This document shows positions 51,606-64,000 of a DNA stretch of 64,000 nucleotides, one piece after another. A program made the translations under genes and the position numbers. The notes beneath the pieces were generated by a model. The model had not been told where the DNA came from. It ran no database searches and was given only the letters and a program-made list of their open reading frames with translations. Positions within the stretch are counted from its first letter, which is position 1. Each line of letters begins with the position of its first letter. Where the stretch lies: the NCBI RefSeq assembly GCF_006345805.1, contig NC_043016.1:27838001-27902000 (forward strand). Direction: 5' to 3'. Origin of the DNA: Octopus sinensis (Eukaryota).

Positions 51606-52999
51606 TATAATGATCTGCTTGTTCGTTTGTCTGTCATACCATAATTAGTTAGAGAGGTGAAGGTGGTGTGAGTGAGAGGTGGAGTAAAGGTGAGAGAGAG
51701 AGGGGGGAGGTGTGTGGGTAGAGAAGAAAGATGTGAGGAAGAAGTAGAAAAAGATGTATAAGATCAAATGCATCATGTAGCTAGTTGAAGAGAGAAGCAA
51801 AGAGTGAGAGAAAAAGACAGTGAGAGTAAAGAAGAAAAGAGTAGTGTTAATGATATGCTGTAGGGTGAGGAGGGAAAGGTAAAGAGAAAGAGATATGTTT
51901 AGGATAAAATATTTTGCAAAGGCTGATGTTCAGGAAGTGAGGTTAAAGAAAGGCAGATAGAGAGAGATGGACAAGGGCAGCAGATACATTAAGAAGAGAG
52001 AGAGAGTGGCAGATAGCATTTGTATTGTCAGAGTAGGGATACATTGACAGCAAGAAAAAGTAGATATAAACAAAGACTGGACTAAAATGAAATGAGCTTT
52101 GTTACTGAAAACTATGGTGGTGGTGTATTGATAGGGAAAAGTATTTTTTATTATTAAATTAAATTTATAATATTATTCTTCTACCTGTTTGTTCACACTT
52201 TACACTTTCATTTGTTAGAGAGGAGGAGAGAATCTGAGATAAATGAGAAAGCAGATAGCCAGATGATGCATTATGTTGTCACTCATGTGGTTATTTGAAG
52301 TGAGAGGTGAAGAGAAAGAGAGAAGTGTTAAAGGCATGAAGAGGGGAATTACATGGTTAAAAAGTTTGTTAAAGAGGTAGAAAGAAAGAGAGAAATATAA
52401 AGTGCTTAGCAGAGGGAAATTTTAAAATCATATAAATATATTATTGTGACTGGAATAGCTTAACAAAATAAAAATAAAATTGCAAATCATTTTTTTCTTT
52501 CTTAAATAGCTTCTCTTAATCTTTTTCATTCTGTGGAATTTCCATGGGTCCCACTTATAATAATAATAATAATAATAAAAAACACTGATTGACAATGTTA
52601 TGAGGAATTAGTAACTCATAGAATATGACTTCAGAATCCATCATTGATATTTCATTTTAATTCTGTGCAGAATATTTTATTTTCTTTGCATTAATTCCGC
52701 TTGCCACCCCACTCCCTATCTCTCATAGAACAGACAATAAAGCTTTTAATTTTGTTGTCTCTTGCAAACTACTGGGAAGCCCATAAAATTACCCATTACA
52801 CTCCTGGAGTGGTTGGCATTAGGAAGGGCATCCAGCTGTAGAAATCAAACCAAATCAGACTGGAACCTGGTTCAGCTCTCTGGTTTGCCAGTTCCAGGCA
52901 AACCATCTAATCCGTGCCAGCATGGAAAACAGACATTAAATGATGATGATGATGATGAAATAAGTAAATGATTTTGATTAGCAATGTAATTATATTAGA

Positions 53000-53625
53000 A
53001 TAGTTAACAGTATGACAGTCAGGAAACTAAATTCAAGAACTGTACAAACAACTCATCTTTCTTTATAAATACTGGGTCTTGTGGAATGAATAGTCTGCAC
53101 AGCCTTTGTAAGTCAACGTCCACAGCAAAGACATGAGCAGGAAGAGAGTCCCAGAAGGATGATTCTCTAGTAAGGAAGGACTGGGTGATTAATACAGGAC
53201 CTGGAAAGTAGGGCATTGTAAAGGTGATGAGAGGAGGAGAGATGGATGAAACGGAAATGCTTGAGTGGTGGTGACATGAGTCCAGCCAGCTGTGGAGCAG
53301 AAACTGTTATAGTACTGATAGAAAAGGCAATGAGTGGAAACTGTAGAGACATAAGTATACCAGTGAGTGACTTTAATTCAGTGGCCCTTTTTCAGGATGC
53401 AGTCTAAGATATCTATGTGAGCAGCAGAAATGGGTCCCACATAAACTTTGTAGAGTATCAATAATTGTTGGAGGATGAAGTATCTTCTGACCCTGAAGAG
53501 AAGGGCCAAACTTAGGGATGCAGTTCTAGGTATTTTTAGGATGTGTGTTGGCCAGGAAATACTCTCAATGGTGGTGAAGCTTACAACCATTCGAGTGACT
53601 GTGAGGGCTCTAGTTACACATCCCA
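53000..53625 (-). mobile_element. CR1/L2-group LINE, decayed RT C-terminus
   Basis: HILKIPRTASLSLALLFRVRRYF..LLILYKVYV; SFLTRESSFWDSLPAHVF. Confidence 0.7.
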
Positions 53626-53824
53626 TATTGCAGAGAAAATATAGGCCAAAACATGACGAAGATGATGATGACAACAGCAGCACTGCAGACAACAATGACA
53701 ATAGCAATAGCAATGATGGTTGTATTGACCCATAACATTTAGCTTTGGGTAGTGGAATTGGTAAAGAGCACATAGAGAATTTTCTTTCACCCTTAAAACT
53801 ATCATATCACTGTGATATGAAACA

Positions 53825-53860
<36 letters not shown>

Positions 53861-53861
<1 letters not shown>

Positions 53862-54189
53862 GTGAAGGTGCATGGCTCAGTGGTTAGAGCGTAGGGCTTA
53901 TGATCGTGAGGTTGTGAGTTTGATTCCCGGACCGGGCTGCATGTTGTGTTCTTGAGCAAGACACTTTATTTCATGTTGCTCCAGTTCACTCAGCTGTAGA
54001 AATGAGTTGCCACGTCACAGCTGTATCTGCTGTTGCCTTTCCCTTGGATAACACTGGTGGCATGAAGAGGGGAGGCCGGTATGCATGGGCGACTGCTGGT
54101 CTTCCATAAACAACCTTGCTTGGACTTGTGCCTGGGAGGGTAACTTTCTAGGTACAATCCCACGGTCAGTCATGACTGAAGGGGGTCTC
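53861..54189 (+). mobile_element. tRNA-derived SINE family 3
   Basis: A-box TGGCTCAGTGGTTAGAGCG, B-box-like GTTTGATTCCC, non-tRNA body ending GGGGGTCTC. Confidence 0.8.
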
Positions 54190-54739
54190 AACTCTATATA
54201 CTGTTTCATATATGTATACATATGAGCCGGTGGCACATGAAAAAACATTCAAGTGAAGTTGTTGCCAGTGCCGCTGGACTGGCTCCTGTGCAGGTGGCAC
54301 ATAAAAAGCACCATTTGAGCATGGCCATTGTAAGTACCGCCTGACTGGCCCTTGTGCCAGTGGCATGTAAAAGCATCCACTACACTCTCGGAGTGGTTGG
54401 CGTTAGGAAGGGCATCCAGCTGGAGAAACTCTGCCAGATCAGATTGGAGTCTGGTGCAGCCATCTGGTTCGCCAGACCTCAGTCAAATCATCCAACCCAT
54501 GCTAGCATGGACAGCGGACATTAAACGATGATGATATATATATATATATATATATATATAAGTCAACTTTTTGTTTATAAAGTATTTATCATTTTGATTG
54601 TTTAATAGTTAGTTAGTAGTAATAAATAATACAGTTTCTAAACAGACATTGTACATTTTCAATTAATGATAATCTAGATATAGACTCAGTTGTGTATTAG
54701 CAATTGTTGTTATGTCAATAGATGGGTCACGGTGAACAC

Positions 54740-54997
54740 TTATTGTCTTCTAACAGTTTTATTTGCAGAAAGGGCTGGGCCTTGCCCAATTCCTCTAAGA
54801 CTGGTGGGTTTGACATGATTAATGAACAGCTGAAAGATCATGGGCATGGCAAGAAAAGACTGGGTGAAGTGATCAGTGTAATGACAGGGATAGAGTAGAT
54901 ATAATATGAGTGACAAAAAGGAGACGATATAAATGATTTAGGAGTGCCTGAGTAGAGGTGGCACAGGACCAGCCAACTCTGAAAAGCAGAGGACACT

Positions 54998-55096
<99 letters not shown>

Positions 55097-56150
55097 CAGC
55101 AGCAGCAGTAGCAGTGGCAGCAGCAGTAGCAGCGGCGGTGGCGGTGGCAGCGGTGGTAGTAGCAGTAGTAGTAGAAAAGGCAGAGAGAGAGAGAGAGAGA
55201 GGAGACAAAGTTTATGTAGACAGGAAGTTAGTGAGCATTTTCATATTAATCACTAGGTGTATTTCTTCGAATATTGGTCTAGGATGTTTAGGCCATCATT
55301 ATTCCAGATATGAGATCAGTATTCCATTGTGGATCAGTACTTCTTTGTGAATCAGTGCTTCTTTGGGATCAGTGCTTCAATGTGGATCTTTCTTGAGTTT
55401 TATAGAGGCTCAGTAATTGTCGTGTAAGGTGGAAGCTCCAGTATTTTCTGATCTTAAAGAGGGCCAGTGTTTTTGATATAGTCTCTGTTATGTTATAAAT
55501 GTGAGACCCAAAGTGAGGGTAACAATGGAAATTTGTAGAGGCTGTGTGCATTGAAGTTGTATGTTGTCTTTGGCAAGGGGTACGTTATGTATAGAAGTGT
55601 TTCTTTGATATGTGTGCAGTGATTGCATCTTTGTTAATATGATAGGAGACAACATCGATATGGTACCAATGAAAGGTGTTTTCAATATTTCTCTTCATGG
55701 TGTCAGTATATGTTTGTTGAGAGATGTCTAAGTAACATGTGGATGGTGGTGAGATATGGACAGTTAGGGAAGAATGGCAAGTGGCAACATATGTATAGGA
55801 ATGGGTGTTGCTGGAGATGATGACATCTGTTTAGGAGAAAAGGTGTGTGAGACAAAATTGAACCTTGGAGTGCACCACATTTGATAGAGTATGGGGTCAG
55901 GGAGAGTTCCTTTAGTAGCTTTCAAACCAAAATACAAGAGATGCAGTTTTGCCAATAGATTTATGTGCCTGGACATGTCAGAAGGTTTTACTGGTGTTGA
56001 CAGTAACACAGCTGTTTTCACCAAATTTCTTATGAATGAGAGAGCTTAAAGTGTGTGACTAATATAAGAGAACAAATCTCTAGTGGAATTGTTTTTGTGA
56101 AATCCAAGAGGTCATTGAAGAGAGGCATGCGGTGGGGGTGCAGAAGGTAG
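54740..56150 (-). mobile_element. Probable upstream (APE-side) part of the same CR1/L2-group LINE, broken by (AGT)n/(AGC)n
   Basis: Same strand and collinear with 53000-53625; heavily decayed, motif support weak. Confidence 0.4.
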
Positions 56151-57064
56151 TTCAAAGTGTCAGGGAATGTTGATGATGATAATACAACAATAACTATAAA
56201 AATAACAAAATAGTGGTGACAACAATAGCAACAACAATGATGATGATGATTTTCTTTTTGAACAGGATAAGATGAAATTGTTGCTTATAAAAATTGTATT
56301 AAAAACTTTGTCACTTTCTAAATATGCGTCACAAACATAGCTACATGTCGACATTTTAGAGCTGACAAACTACTTTATTCAAATTCACAAATAAAATACA
56401 CATGCCTCATGATATTCTTACTTTAATAATAATAATAATGATAATAGTCTATACGTGTGTGTATGCATATAATGATATATTACATATAATATATACATAA
56501 ATATATACATATATATAACGGGAAGCTTTATGAAAATAAACAAAAGACGAAAGCAGGTGGAATACAAACAAACAATTGTATTAATATGGCGCTCAGGAAT
56601 ATAAATAAAACAAGTCTTTTACGTTTCGAGCCTACGCTCTTCAACAGAAAGATACACAGAAAAGAAACACAGAAAGAAACAAGGAGAGAAAAAAAAATGC
56701 ATACATATATATATATACATATATTCATACATACATACATATATATATATATGCATACACACACACGCATGTATGTATATTTGTGTTTGTGTTGTGTTTG
56801 TTCCCAACCACCACTTGACAACTGGTGTTGGTTTGTTTGTGTACCCACAACTTTGTGGTTCAGCAAAAAGAAATCAACAAAATAAATCCAGTACCAAGCT
56901 TAAAAAATAAACTCCGGTGTCAATTTGTTCAGCTAAACCTTACAATACAGTGTGCCATCATGGTCATAGTTCAATGACTGGAACAAGTAAAAATTATATA
57001 TAAATATCACTTCCTTGTACGTACGTATGTATGTATGTATGTATGTATGTATGTATGTATGTAT

Positions 57065-57590
57065 GTCAGGTCACTTTCAAGTGCTACTGGTAACATATAA
57101 CCCAGTACAACGACTAAACTGGCAACCCCACCAAGCTTGCTGAGGAGGGTGTTTATTGGACACCCTGCGGGATGAAAAGCAAAACCCGTGAAAGGGCGGA
57201 GGAACTCTTTAGAGTCAACGGCCATCCAATAAATGTCTTAAGACTGTATCATGCGCGGGGACATAGAAATAATCGGACTGAATACCCGATCGCACGGTTA
57301 AACCATTGGGAGTGAAGGACTCCTAGCTTTTGTTAGGGCATCCTTCTAGGGGAAGGTAACTCAGGTAACTAGGATAACTCTGACATAAAACCTGCGGCTC
57401 AGTGGTTACCGATGATGTTGACTTGTTCTTCTTTTCGGATTATGGCTGCTGTTGCTTAGTGAGTCGGATTGACTCAGTGCACAGCCTTTCCTCACTTTTA
57501 AAAAAAATCTTCTTGCACAGGCATTGCATGATAGCAATATTGATTAAGCTTCGTGCAGTGGCCATACTTGATAATGAGGGGGCAGCCACC
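57065..57590 (+). mobile_element. GC-rich, hairpin-rich probable RTE 5' UTR fragment inserted in (ATGT)n
   Basis: Contains GGGCATCCTTCTAGGGGAAGG...AACTCTGA...AAACC, resembling a motif I recall from RTE 5' UTRs; (ATGT)n on both sides. Confidence 0.45.
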
Positions 57591-57779
57591 ATATATGTAT
57601 GTATGTATGTATGTATGTATATGTATATATATATTATATATATATTATATATATATTGCTTAGGCATTGCAAAACTAATAACCTGCTGTAGAATTCTATA
57701 TACATATGCTTCAGAATGAAGTGTTAAACGAGTATAAAGTGGTAATAAGAAAATGACAAAGGAAAATATGACTACATTA

Positions 57780-57960
57780 TGACCTTCACTACCTTACAGC
57801 TGTTTCTTTTATAAGATGCAGTGGACACATAGCCAAGTACCTGATATTGCACTTCATATCTGATGAAGCTATAATTTCTTATTCAGCACTTAACTATGAG
57901 TCCACTGCATCTTATAGCAGAAACAGTTGTAAACTGATGAAGTTCATAAGATAATCATTT
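57780..57960. mobile_element. Penelope-like inverted terminus with degenerate hammerhead (57860-57931, +)
   Basis: 57793-57832 is the reverse complement of 57894-57933; CTGATGA-A-GCTATAA...TTATAGC-A-GAAACAGTTGTA. Confidence 0.5.
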
Positions 57961-58419
57961 TTTCTTTGTCATCTCTCCTTCTTATACACACACACATGGC
58001 AACCTGTGCAAGTGCCACTGGACTGGCTCCAGTGCAGATGGCACATAAAAAATACCATTTGAGCGTGGCTGTTGCCAATACTGCCAAACTGGCCCTTGTG
58101 CCAGTGGCACGTAAAAGCACCCACTCTCGGAGTGGTTGGCATTAGGAAGGACATCCAGCTGTAGAAACTCTGCCAGATCAGATTGGAGCCTGGTGCAGCC
58201 ATCTGGTATGCCAGTCCTCAGTCAAATCATCCAACCCATGCTAGCATGGAAAGCAGACGTTAAATGATGATGATGATGATGACACACACACACTAAACCA
58301 TCTTTTTTATTGTTTTTACTAACTTGACAACTGGTTATATAAATTAATATTTCAGCACATAACTCTGCAAATGCCATTAACAGAAGTAGAGATGGGTTGC
58401 TTCTTTCATACTCTTTTAC

Positions 58420-58985
58420 AAACTACCTTAAATACAATTGACAGCAACTTTGTTATCATAGATGGGAACTTCAACAGGCATGTTGTCCCACATGCCAATA
58501 ATTTCCATAACATTCATGGTGGCTATGGATATGGTGAGAGAAATGAGGACGGTGTAAGGTTCCCAGAGTTTTGTGATGCTTCTGATCTAATGACTGATTT
58601 ATGATAAGATAAACTTAGTTGAGATGCAGTTTTGTTTTGTTAATGGAAATGGTTTCATGGATGCAACCTTCCATATGAGGCAAATACAAGAGAAATACTT
58701 GGCTAAGAGTAAACTGCTATTCCTGACATTCATTGACTCGGATAAAAAAAAAAGTTTGACAGAGTAGCAGGTACAGTAATCTGGTGGTCATTAAGGAAAC
58801 TAGATGTGGACAAATATTTTGTGAGGGTTGTACAATTTATGAACAAAGTTGCAGAAAGTAAAGTGAGTCAACAATGACTTCAGTGATGAATTTAGTATGA
58901 AGGTGGTCATCCATCAAAGCTCATTTCACTATCCTCTCATATTCACCATACTTCTAGAGGCCATCAACAGGGTGTATCCACAAGT
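58420..58985 (+). mobile_element. Decayed RTE APE and RT fragments
   Basis: IIDGNFNRHV...IHGGYGYGERNEDGVRFPEFC; RQIQEKYLAKSK. Confidence 0.7.
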
Positions 58986-60028
58986 AGGTGGATAGAGAGA
59001 GAATTGAGCAGAGAATCAAGGATGTTTGGGTCAGTAGGTAGGTCCATGAGAACGTGAGAGGAGAAAAGTGAATATAAGAAAGCATGCTATGAGAACCATT
59101 GTTTCTGATTCACTATTGAATCCATCACTATGGAAGTGCAAACTGTGTCCACAAACTTTAGCCAAGAGCACCAATTTGGTGCCTTAACATTAGTCAAACC
59201 TAGAAATATCACAAACCAAATGAGACGTTTTAACTACATACACAGCAATTATATGATTATGTTGGTGAAAAACTGTAGGTAGTACTGGGTGATATATTTG
59301 TTTGAATATTGATCATTTATGCCTACTTGATATTTTACAACTTACAGAATCAGAGGATTGAATCTATATTACAGCTTTTCTTTTGTGATATTGTAACTTC
59401 AGCATTGATCAACATGTTTGAAAGAATTTTGCATGAATGAGAAGATAGACTCTAAGAGAGAAGACAGAGAAAAGGAAATAGTATAAGGTACTGTACTATT
59501 TCTGTCTTTTTCTATCTTTAGAACGATTCATAATAACAATAAATAACCACAGTGTATATTTATAGTATATATTTATAATATACACTAATGATAGTATAAA
59601 GTGTATATTGAAGTTTTTATTTATTATATACACCATGGTGTATGTTTATTATGTGATAAATAACTACAGTGTATATTTATCATATCATAATTACATCACA
59701 ATTTACTGGGTTTGCTAAAAATAAGTCTGACCATCTCTAAATACCTTCTCTATGAGAAATTGGTTAGGCACCCAAATCACCTATGTCATGGTAGCTACTC
59801 TCACCCAGGCATTATAAAAAATTTGCCACTCCTCTGTGGACTGAAGGATTGTCCTTATTCTATTGTGTATAGAACTGTGTACAAAGGTGAGTATCAAGAG
59901 TAAAGTTTAGTGTTCTTCCTATGTTAAAAACATGTCTGTTTATACACTTTACCATAATTGTTTAGTTTACCTTCAACTGGAACATTTTCTGGCAGTGCTG
60001 CCAGATCATAAATTTTTAAACTGTATAC

Positions 60029-60419
60029 GCGCAGGACTGGCTGTGTGGTAAGTAGCTTGCTTATCAACCACATGGTTTTGGGTTCAGTTCCACTGCGTGG
60101 CACCTTGGGCAAGTGTCTTCTACTATAGCCTCAGGCTGACCAAAGCCTTGTGATTGGATTTGGTAGATGGAAACTGAAAGAAGCCTGTTGTATATATGTA
60201 TATATATATGTGTGTGTGTGTGTTTGTGTTTGTCCCCCCAACATCACTTGAGGACCGATGCTGGTGTGTTTATGTCCCCATAACTTAGCGGCTTGGCAAA
60301 AGAGACCGATAGAATTAGTACTAGGCTTACAAAGAATAAGTCCTGGGGTCGATTTGCTCGACTAAAGGCGGTGCTCCAGCATGGCTGCAGTCAAATGACT
60401 GGAACAAGTAAAAGAGTAA
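60029..60419 (+). mobile_element. tRNA-derived SINE family 1
   Basis: Full copy; further partial copies at ~18110, ~28545, ~46330 and ~56770. Confidence 0.9.
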
Positions 60420-61300
60420 GCCATAATATGTCATGTTTGTTATGTTATTGTTGTTGTTGCTTAGACCCAATCATCTCTGTTTAAGTGGATATACGTTAGG
60501 TAAATTGTCAGTGTATAACCCACACATTAAGCAATCCAGATTTAGGATTCCACTATTTGACTGAGCACCCAACTGTGTATTTCTGGCATGTAACGGTTTA
60601 TTCATACAACTTGCAGTATGGCAGTCTGCACATGTATTTTCTACATTGCTGAACCTGACTCTTGATTATAGTTGTCATTGTTTAGCTTCAGGTCAACTCT
60701 GATCAAAGACATTCCAAGCATAACCAACATGTTTTTGAAGTGTTTATGCATCAGAATTCATTATATAATGCATGATGTTCTTATATTAGACAGTGTTTGA
60801 TTTAAAGTAGATTTAGCTGCTATTTCTAGCAGGTTGAATGACCACATAGACACTCCACATGTAAGTGTGGCTGAAGTGGAGTTAGAGCAGAACAGTTACT
60901 TTCTTTATGCTTCTTGTTGATAGTGTACATCCCAACACAGTGTTTGTTGCAGTGAATAAGGTTGCCGTTGTTGTATGCGATTTTGGTTTTAAGCATATTG
61001 AATGAGAAAGGCAGTGAAGTGAGCCAGCAGAATCATTAACACATTGGACAAAATGTTTAGCAGCATTTTTTTTCAGCTCTTTACTATCTGAGTTCTACTC
61101 CTGCTGGAGTTGACTTTGTGGTTGATAAAATAAAATACTAGTCAAATACAGGAGTCAATGTAATAGCCTTGGCTCTTCCCATTAAAATTGGTGTCCCATT
61201 CAAAAGCGTGTATAAAGCATATGCAGTAATGTACAAATGCCTGGTAAGTGACTAGTGTATGAGTCAGATACATGCTTGCGTGTGTATGGAGGGGAGAAAA

Positions 61301-61620
61301 TCAGGTGTAGTGTTGGCGAATCTCAGGAAGCATGGAAGTTTTGAAGGATGCAGTGCTCCGACAACTAACAACTGATGCCGGCAGTTTGTTCCATACTTCA
61401 GCAACTCTTAGTGTGAAAAAATGTTTCCTAAAGTCATGGGAGCTGTGCTGTTTTCTGACTTTGTAAACATGTCCACAAGTGTTGGACAGGTGGAGTTTGA
61501 AAAGGTGCTCTGAGTTATTGTTTGTAAGATGGTTAATAATTTTATGGGTGTCTGCCAAGTCAGCTACCAGACATGATCTCATTCACTCATATGCCATTGA
61601 AGCCAGGCAACCATCTTTAA
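61301..61620 (-). mobile_element. CR1-clade LINE 3' fragment
   Basis: DLADTHKII...TCGHVYKVRK...RKHFFTLRVAEVWNKLPASVV...FK, typical CR1 ORF2 C-terminus. Confidence 0.8.
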
Positions 61621-63040
61621 GAGTCTTAGGACTTGAGGAAGAAAAATTTGAATAAGAGAAAGATACTGTTGATGTAGTAGATGATGATGATGATGAAGTA
61701 CATGTGATGGTCTTCAGTATTGTACATCTGACACCAAATTATTCTCCTTTGCACGAAGGCTCCTTCATTCTTTCATTTCATTCTGAGCTTTTTTTGTGTT
61801 TTCAGATTTTGTCTGTGGGGTGTTATTTTTGTTGCTGCTGCTGTTATGGCAGATATGTTATCCTTTTGTCTGCTGTGACATTTTAAAATGAAATCATAAA
61901 GGATAAATATATATAAGTCTATAAAAATGCATCTTGCCAATCATGTAGCTTTATTTGTCAGCTGATTGTTTGTTATGTCAAATTTCTGGGTCTAAATCCT
62001 TGTCAACTTACATTGTCATTGTTGTTGTCATCATTGTCACCACTGCCGCTGCCATGGCCATTGCAGCAACCACCACCACCACCATTTGCCGCCGCCGCCG
62101 CCGAGTGTAATGGGTGCTTTCTTTTTATGTGGTACCAGCACTGGTATGGTTACCAAATAACTTGTGAGACAAAGACACCTCAACTGAGAGAGGGAGTGGT
62201 ATTGAGGAAGATGGTTTTGTGTTAGGTGATGAGAGGTTAAATTAGGATAGAAACAGGTGTCTTACTGTAGAAGTGTTACATGGCAACTCCAGTACAAGAA
62301 AGAAAAGGTACCAGGGTATACCCACCCCCAAGGTACAAGGAAGTGAATCTAAGTGTAATGTTATAGAGTATTGGACAGGGTGAGTGAGCAAGGGAGTAGG
62401 GAGTTGATAAGAGAACAAGAGGAGAGTGGGAGAGTGGTGAACATGGGACGGTAGGGGATCAGCAGGATAGAAATAATACAGTTTGCAGGAAGAGGACGGG
62501 CGACAGATGACAAAGCAGCTCTGGGTTATAGGAGCAGTGGGGGCAGGGGAACAAGTGTGGTGCATGATGAGAAGCAGTTTAGTTTATTGAGATGAGGTGG
62601 GGTAGAGTGAATGATTGTAGTGCATGTATGGGTGTAGAGTACTCAATACATGGCGTTTCCAGAACTCAGTTTTGCTGAGGTGGATGGGTCTTCTCAAAAA
62701 CTTTATATTGCAATATATAGTTCTTTCATTATCTCCTCTCTAAAACTCAATGTCTTGAGATTTGTTCTCTGTACTCCATCCCATATCTTCCTGGGTCTCC
62801 CTGCTTCCACAGGCTCCATCCACTTCAAGTGATCAGCATTTCTTTATACATTAATATCCCAGACTGAGAAAAAGTGAGACGGTGGTGATATGCAAACTAC
62901 AATGGTTTACTTTAACCTAGATACCTCTGTAGCAGTGCACTCATTATTATACAGACAAAATAAAATAATTTTGTAACATTTATTTTTTTTCTTGTATGTG
63001 GTTTGCAAGATTCTTTATCTGAATTCATGTATTGAAGCAT

Positions 63041-63209
63041 ATTTTATTGTGTCTGGGGAGAGTCATTCTCTTTTAGTGCCTTACTAATTTTACACACTCA
63101 CCGGTCTGATTTTCACTCAGTGAAAAATAATAAGTGAGTGGAAATCAGACCAGTGTGTTAGAATAATAAGGCACTAAAAGAGAATGATTCTTCCCAGAGG
63201 CAATAAAAT
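63041..63209. repeat. Palindromic element with ~75-80-bp arms; half-copy at ~16000-16135
   Basis: ATTTTATTG...GGTCTGATTTTCACTCA vs TGAGTGGAAATCAGACC...CAATAAAAT. Confidence 0.85.
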
Positions 63210-64000
63210 TATAATATTTAATTATTATTAATATAATTAAAAATATATAATAATAAATGTAAGGTTACATATATATATATATATATAATCCTCCTCCTCC
63301 TCATCATCATTATTTAATGTCTGTGGTCCATGCTGGAATGGGTTGGACTGTTTGACTGAAAACTGGTAAGCCATGGAGCTGCACCAAGTTCTGATCTGAT
63401 TTGGCAAGGATTCTACAACTGGATGCCCTTCCTAATGCCAACCAACCCAAGAGTGTAGTGAGTGTTTTTTTACATACTGCTGGCATGCGTGCCAATGACC
63501 TTACACTGGCATCAACCACAACTATGGTTTCACTTGGCTTGACCGGTCTACTACACAAGCATGGTATATTGCCAAAGGTCTTGGTCACCTGTCACTGCCT
63601 CCATGAGGCTCAACGCTTGTATGGTGCTTTTTACGTATCACTAGCATGGGTGCCAGTCAAATGGCACACACACACACACACACACAGAACACTATACTAT
63701 ATGTATAATATTTTATCGTACAAACATTTAAAGCAACAGGAAAGGACTCTCACTCCATGTGGGTCCTATCAACATGATGATGACAAGAAAGAAAGAAATC
63801 TAAAGACATTGACAAAGAAGTCAAATATTTTCCAATAAAATAAACTTTGTTGAGTGGAAATAAAGAATTTGATTTCTCTAACAGTGTAGGTAATGTGTTT
63901 GAGGACTTGTCATCATCTAAAGCAGTGGACTGGCAAAGCATCTGACAAAATCCCTACAGTATTCAGATACAGCCCATTATATTCTGAATTCAAATCCCAT

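Noticed and set aside
53861-53940. tRNA gene
   Set aside because: A/B boxes continue into a SINE body present again at 35541-35885; no full cloverleaf.
61806-61886. Strong acceptor (ttttgtgttttcag) followed by hydrophobic frames
   Set aside because: All frames stop quickly, hydrophobicity follows from T-richness, no homology recognised.
62240-62640. Penelope RT remnant (GVAM* motif on minus)
   Set aside because: Single short motif in purine-rich sequence; insufficient support.

Overview
AT-rich, microsatellite- and transposon-dense eukaryotic DNA. The SINE/LINE families and simple repeats resemble an octopus (coleoid cephalopod) genome; this is inference, not a database match. The only host gene I can support is the 3' end of EXOC8/Exo84 (exocyst subunit 8) on the + strand: four GT-AG exons at 1868-1987, 2598-2703, 5037-5227 and 6268-6426. 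The remaining ~57 kb is tRNA-derived SINEs, RTE, CR1/L2 and restriction-like-endonuclease LINE remnants, a full-length dead mariner, two maT-like elements, MITEs and microsatellites; most listed ORFs are microsatellite artefacts. The best finding is at 35941-37141: a young tandem array of a ~431-nt unit carrying a complete type I hammerhead ribozyme (CUGAUGA / GAAA / GUC, palindromic helix III). Two ribozyme copies bracket exactly one monomer, a 5' inverted segment precedes the array, and it sits in (TA)n. This fits a non-autonomous, Penelope-mobilised retrozyme that could yield a ~431-nt self-cleaved or circular RNA. Unrelated hammerhead-like motifs occur at 6811-6914 and 34236-34294 (near-canonical) and in degenerate form elsewhere, along with several long fold-back hairpins. 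All folds were traced by eye, not computed.
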